Made by a program: the position numbers and the translations under genes. A DNA stretch of 64,000 nt, taken from Schmidtea nova (lineage: Eukaryota). The notes below the pieces were generated by a model. That model worked only from the letters and a program-made list of their open reading frames with translations. It searched no databases and had not been told where the DNA came from. Shown one piece after another: positions 61,600 through 64,000 of this stretch. The stretch lies in contig CM097882.1 in the NCBI GenBank assembly GCA_044892505.1, forward strand, positions 432,636,001 to 432,700,000, read 5' to 3'. The first letter of the stretch is position 1, and every line of letters starts with the position of its first letter.

Positions 61600-62101
61600 A
61601 ATAATGTTATTTCTAGAACGGGTAATTCTAGTTGCAGAGCTTGACGTATTTGCAGTTGCCGATGACAGTATTTTTCTTTATTCTTAAGAATTGTTCTTAT
61701 TGTTGAAGTTGCCAAATTCAATGCGGCACTAATTTGAGATTGACGTTCACCAGAATCTAATCTTCTAATCACTTGCATTTTAGTTTTCAGTGAAATGATT
61801 TTTCTGGTTGCTTTATTTTCTTGTTTTTTATTATCACCCATGATAAAAACTAAAGATCATAATATTTGTCACTATTAATCGTTATAGTATTATATAAATC
61901 TATACCTACAATAATGTCAACAAATGTTTCAAATAATAAAAATGCGTCAAACAACACCGCACCAAACAAGAAACACAACTGTACTGTTTCACGGGGAAAC
62001 CCGTAGTTCTGCGAGCAATTTCGAGGAATACCCGGGTTGAAATAAAAGAGCGCTAAATCGAAACAGCGCTAAACGAAACAGCATTAAGCGGGGTTTTACT
62101 G
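61600..62101 (-). mobile_element. pogo/Tigger 5' fragment (left TIR plus HTH_psq domain)
   Basis: TA|CAGTAAAACCCCGCTTAA terminus; RKIISLKTKMQVIRRLDSGERQSQI...STIRTILKNKEK. Confidence 0.82.
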
Positions 62102-62880
62102 TACTTGTAAATCCCCTTCAGATTAAAATTCAAAAAAATTTGCCAATTGCTCTTCTATTTTCAAAACATAGAAAATTTCTGTAGTAAATTCTTGAACGGC
62201 GAAAAAAATAAACATAAAAAATTAAAAAACAAAATTACTTGTAAATTCCCTTTATATGGTAAGACGAAAATTATTTAGGCTTTTAATTGTCTAATAAATA
62301 AATCAAGCATTAAACTGCCAAATAGGTTGATCCAGAGAAATGGAAATAATTTATTCATTTGCAAGTCCGGATTTGCCAGGTTTAGTGAAAAATGTTATCA
62401 AATAAAATTTATGAAATTGTGTGGTAGTATAAGCATGTGTTGTACCACTGAACAACTAAGCAATTGGCTAATCGAAATCAGACGTTCGATTTCAAAACCT
62501 AAACTATTAAAGGCCTAATAAATAAAGTAAATGGCCCAACAATTGAAATCGCACTAAAATGCCAAATTAAATATTTTAAAGATATTTTAATTTCAAAGAA
62601 AAGTTTTTAAAATATATTAATTAAAAATAAATAATAATTATAACCGTGTTTCACTGAAACATATCACCTATTAGAATCAGTAAGCTTAACTATAGAAAAA
62701 TACACGCCTACACGTACCTTATCCATTGCTGTTTTACTCAATCATATCGTTTATTATGTCGTAGACAAAGAGATAGCCCCTTGTATTATTATTATTATAT
62801 TATCATAATCAGATTATTATTGTTATTATTATACTAATACATTTATTATAAATAAAATCTGAATTTTTTACATTAAGACT

Positions 62881-62907
62881 GTGCTCAACACGGAGCACGC
62901 CAACTAG
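62881..62907 (+). mobile_element. Possible Helitron 3' end
   Basis: Hairpin GTGCTC-aacacg-GAGCAC followed by CTAG; the next base is A rather than the usual T. Confidence 0.35.
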
Positions 62908-63019
62908 ACTGTATAAAATTGTCAAAAAGTTAAAAAGAATCACATTTTATGTAATAAGTATCGTGCATCATTGCAACTCAATTGTCATTTGTAACAGTCT
63001 TATTTGTCCTCGGCACTGG

Positions 63020-63711
63020 TGTGATAATCTTTCTTCAGATTTTACATCTGGCTTTGCAGTTTATTTTTAGTTTTCTGTAACATGGCAGTTGGGATGTTTG
63101 AGTCATTTCCAACTTCGCATTGCCAGAGCTGCAGAAATTCTCTCCGCGGACATCAATTTCGATCCCCAACGCCGATCATTAAAATATCATTTCCATTTCT
63201 CTGCTATTTGTCGACTTATCTGATCTCGCTAATTTCCGAAAACGATTTATCCATCTCTGCCAAGCGAGAAAAAAGGCTGAATTCGCCTGGCCATTGTTCG
63301 TCGCGAAAATATGTTGAATCTTCTGTCCATGTTTTCCATAAAGTAGAGCTTTTGAATTTCAGGAAAGGATTTTGTTAACTCTTCCAATTCAGAACGAGAA
63401 AGATCGATTGGGTTTAGATCAGTGCTGTCGCCAACTAATTCATCGGTATTAATAAGGTCCAACAGAAGAAACTTTCCATTTGAATACTTTATCTGAGAAT
63501 TGATCAAGAAATTCGGCATTTCTACACGTTGTTTTAGTTCGTCTAAAATTTTATTAATTCGGATCTCACGATCCTTAACATTTTTTATCGTAATAGTTCT
63601 AAGAATTTTCTTGAATGAAGCATCTAGCTCATTCACTCGAGAGGAGAGAACACATTGTTCATCTCTAAATTTACTTTCACCATTAGGCATTTGAGTTTTA
63701 GTTGGAATCAT
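63020..63711 (-). pseudogene. Unknown ORF with an internal repeated unit, frameshifted and with stops after about 63340
   Basis: KFRDEQ...SRVNELDASFKKI and, in another frame, YFRDEQ...SRLAEMDKSFSEI. Confidence 0.4.
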
Positions 63712-63869
63712 TTTAAAAAAGAGAAGAATTTAAACAAAGTTATGATATTTCAAACTTTTAATTTAAATTAAAAAAATAAATAAATATTTAACAAAGTAAA
63801 GTAATTGTTATCAAAAATAAAAAGAGAAAAGGAAATAAATAAAAAAATTAAAAATAAAAAGGTTTGAAA

Positions 63870-63989
63870 AGTTTCACAGCACCTCGTATTCCCAGGCGGT
63901 CACCCATTCAAGTACTAATGAGGCCTTAACCTGCTTAACTTCCGAGATCGAACGAGATCGGTTGAATTCAGGCTCGTTTAGTTGTTTTT
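63870..63989 (-). rRNA. 5S rRNA: 5S rRNA pseudogene or variant (5' helix-I strand decayed)
   Basis: CGATCTCGTTCGATCTCGGAAGTTAAGCAGG...TTAGTACTTGAATGGGTGACCGCCTGGGAATAC...GTGCTGT then a T-run; positions 1-12 read AAAAACAACTAA and cannot pair with the 3' end. Confidence 0.9.
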
Positions 63990-64000
63990 ATTTCGAATGA

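Noticed and set aside
1-64000. CRISPR arrays, tRNA genes, spliced-leader RNA, prokaryotic operons
   Set aside because: No regularly spaced direct repeats, cloverleafs or Sm-site/SL pattern seen; the sequence is eukaryotic.

Overview
AT-rich (roughly 30% GC by eye) eukaryotic scaffold with three N-gaps, dominated by nested, mostly decayed transposons. The host looks metazoan (Ig/FN3 domains, actin relic, metazoan-type 5S); a flatworm-like animal is a guess only. Recognisable mobile DNA: four hAT transposase copies plus a fragment, hAT and piggyBac MITEs, three pogo/Tigger pieces, one complete Merlin, a piggyBac fragment, a Penelope-like GIY-YIG fragment and several Ty3/Gypsy pol fragments. Host-like pieces: an intact 536-aa low-complexity ORF, an orphan ENGase (GH85) exon, an intronless multi-Ig pseudogene, an actin pseudogene and a 5S rRNA pseudogene. 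Best candidate for something new: an intact Gypsy-type gag ORF (53743-54858) whose first 76 residues form a ubiquitin-like domain ending RVLGG. It is followed by a canonical -1 frameshift signal (A AAA AAC, 7-nt spacer, 9-bp stem) that leads into a Pro/Thr-rich frame instead of a recognisable pol. Second theme: an apparently uncharacterised LTR-like repeat system. It includes a covarying hairpin motif with a splice-donor core (8 full or partial copies), a coiled-coil accessory ORF family (5 copies), REX4/ISG20-like DEDDh exonuclease genes with a shared Asp-to-Lys change, an FN3-mucin-TM surface protein, and a second four-hairpin motif beside a palindromic TATA element. All alignments and folds were done by eye; no searches were run.
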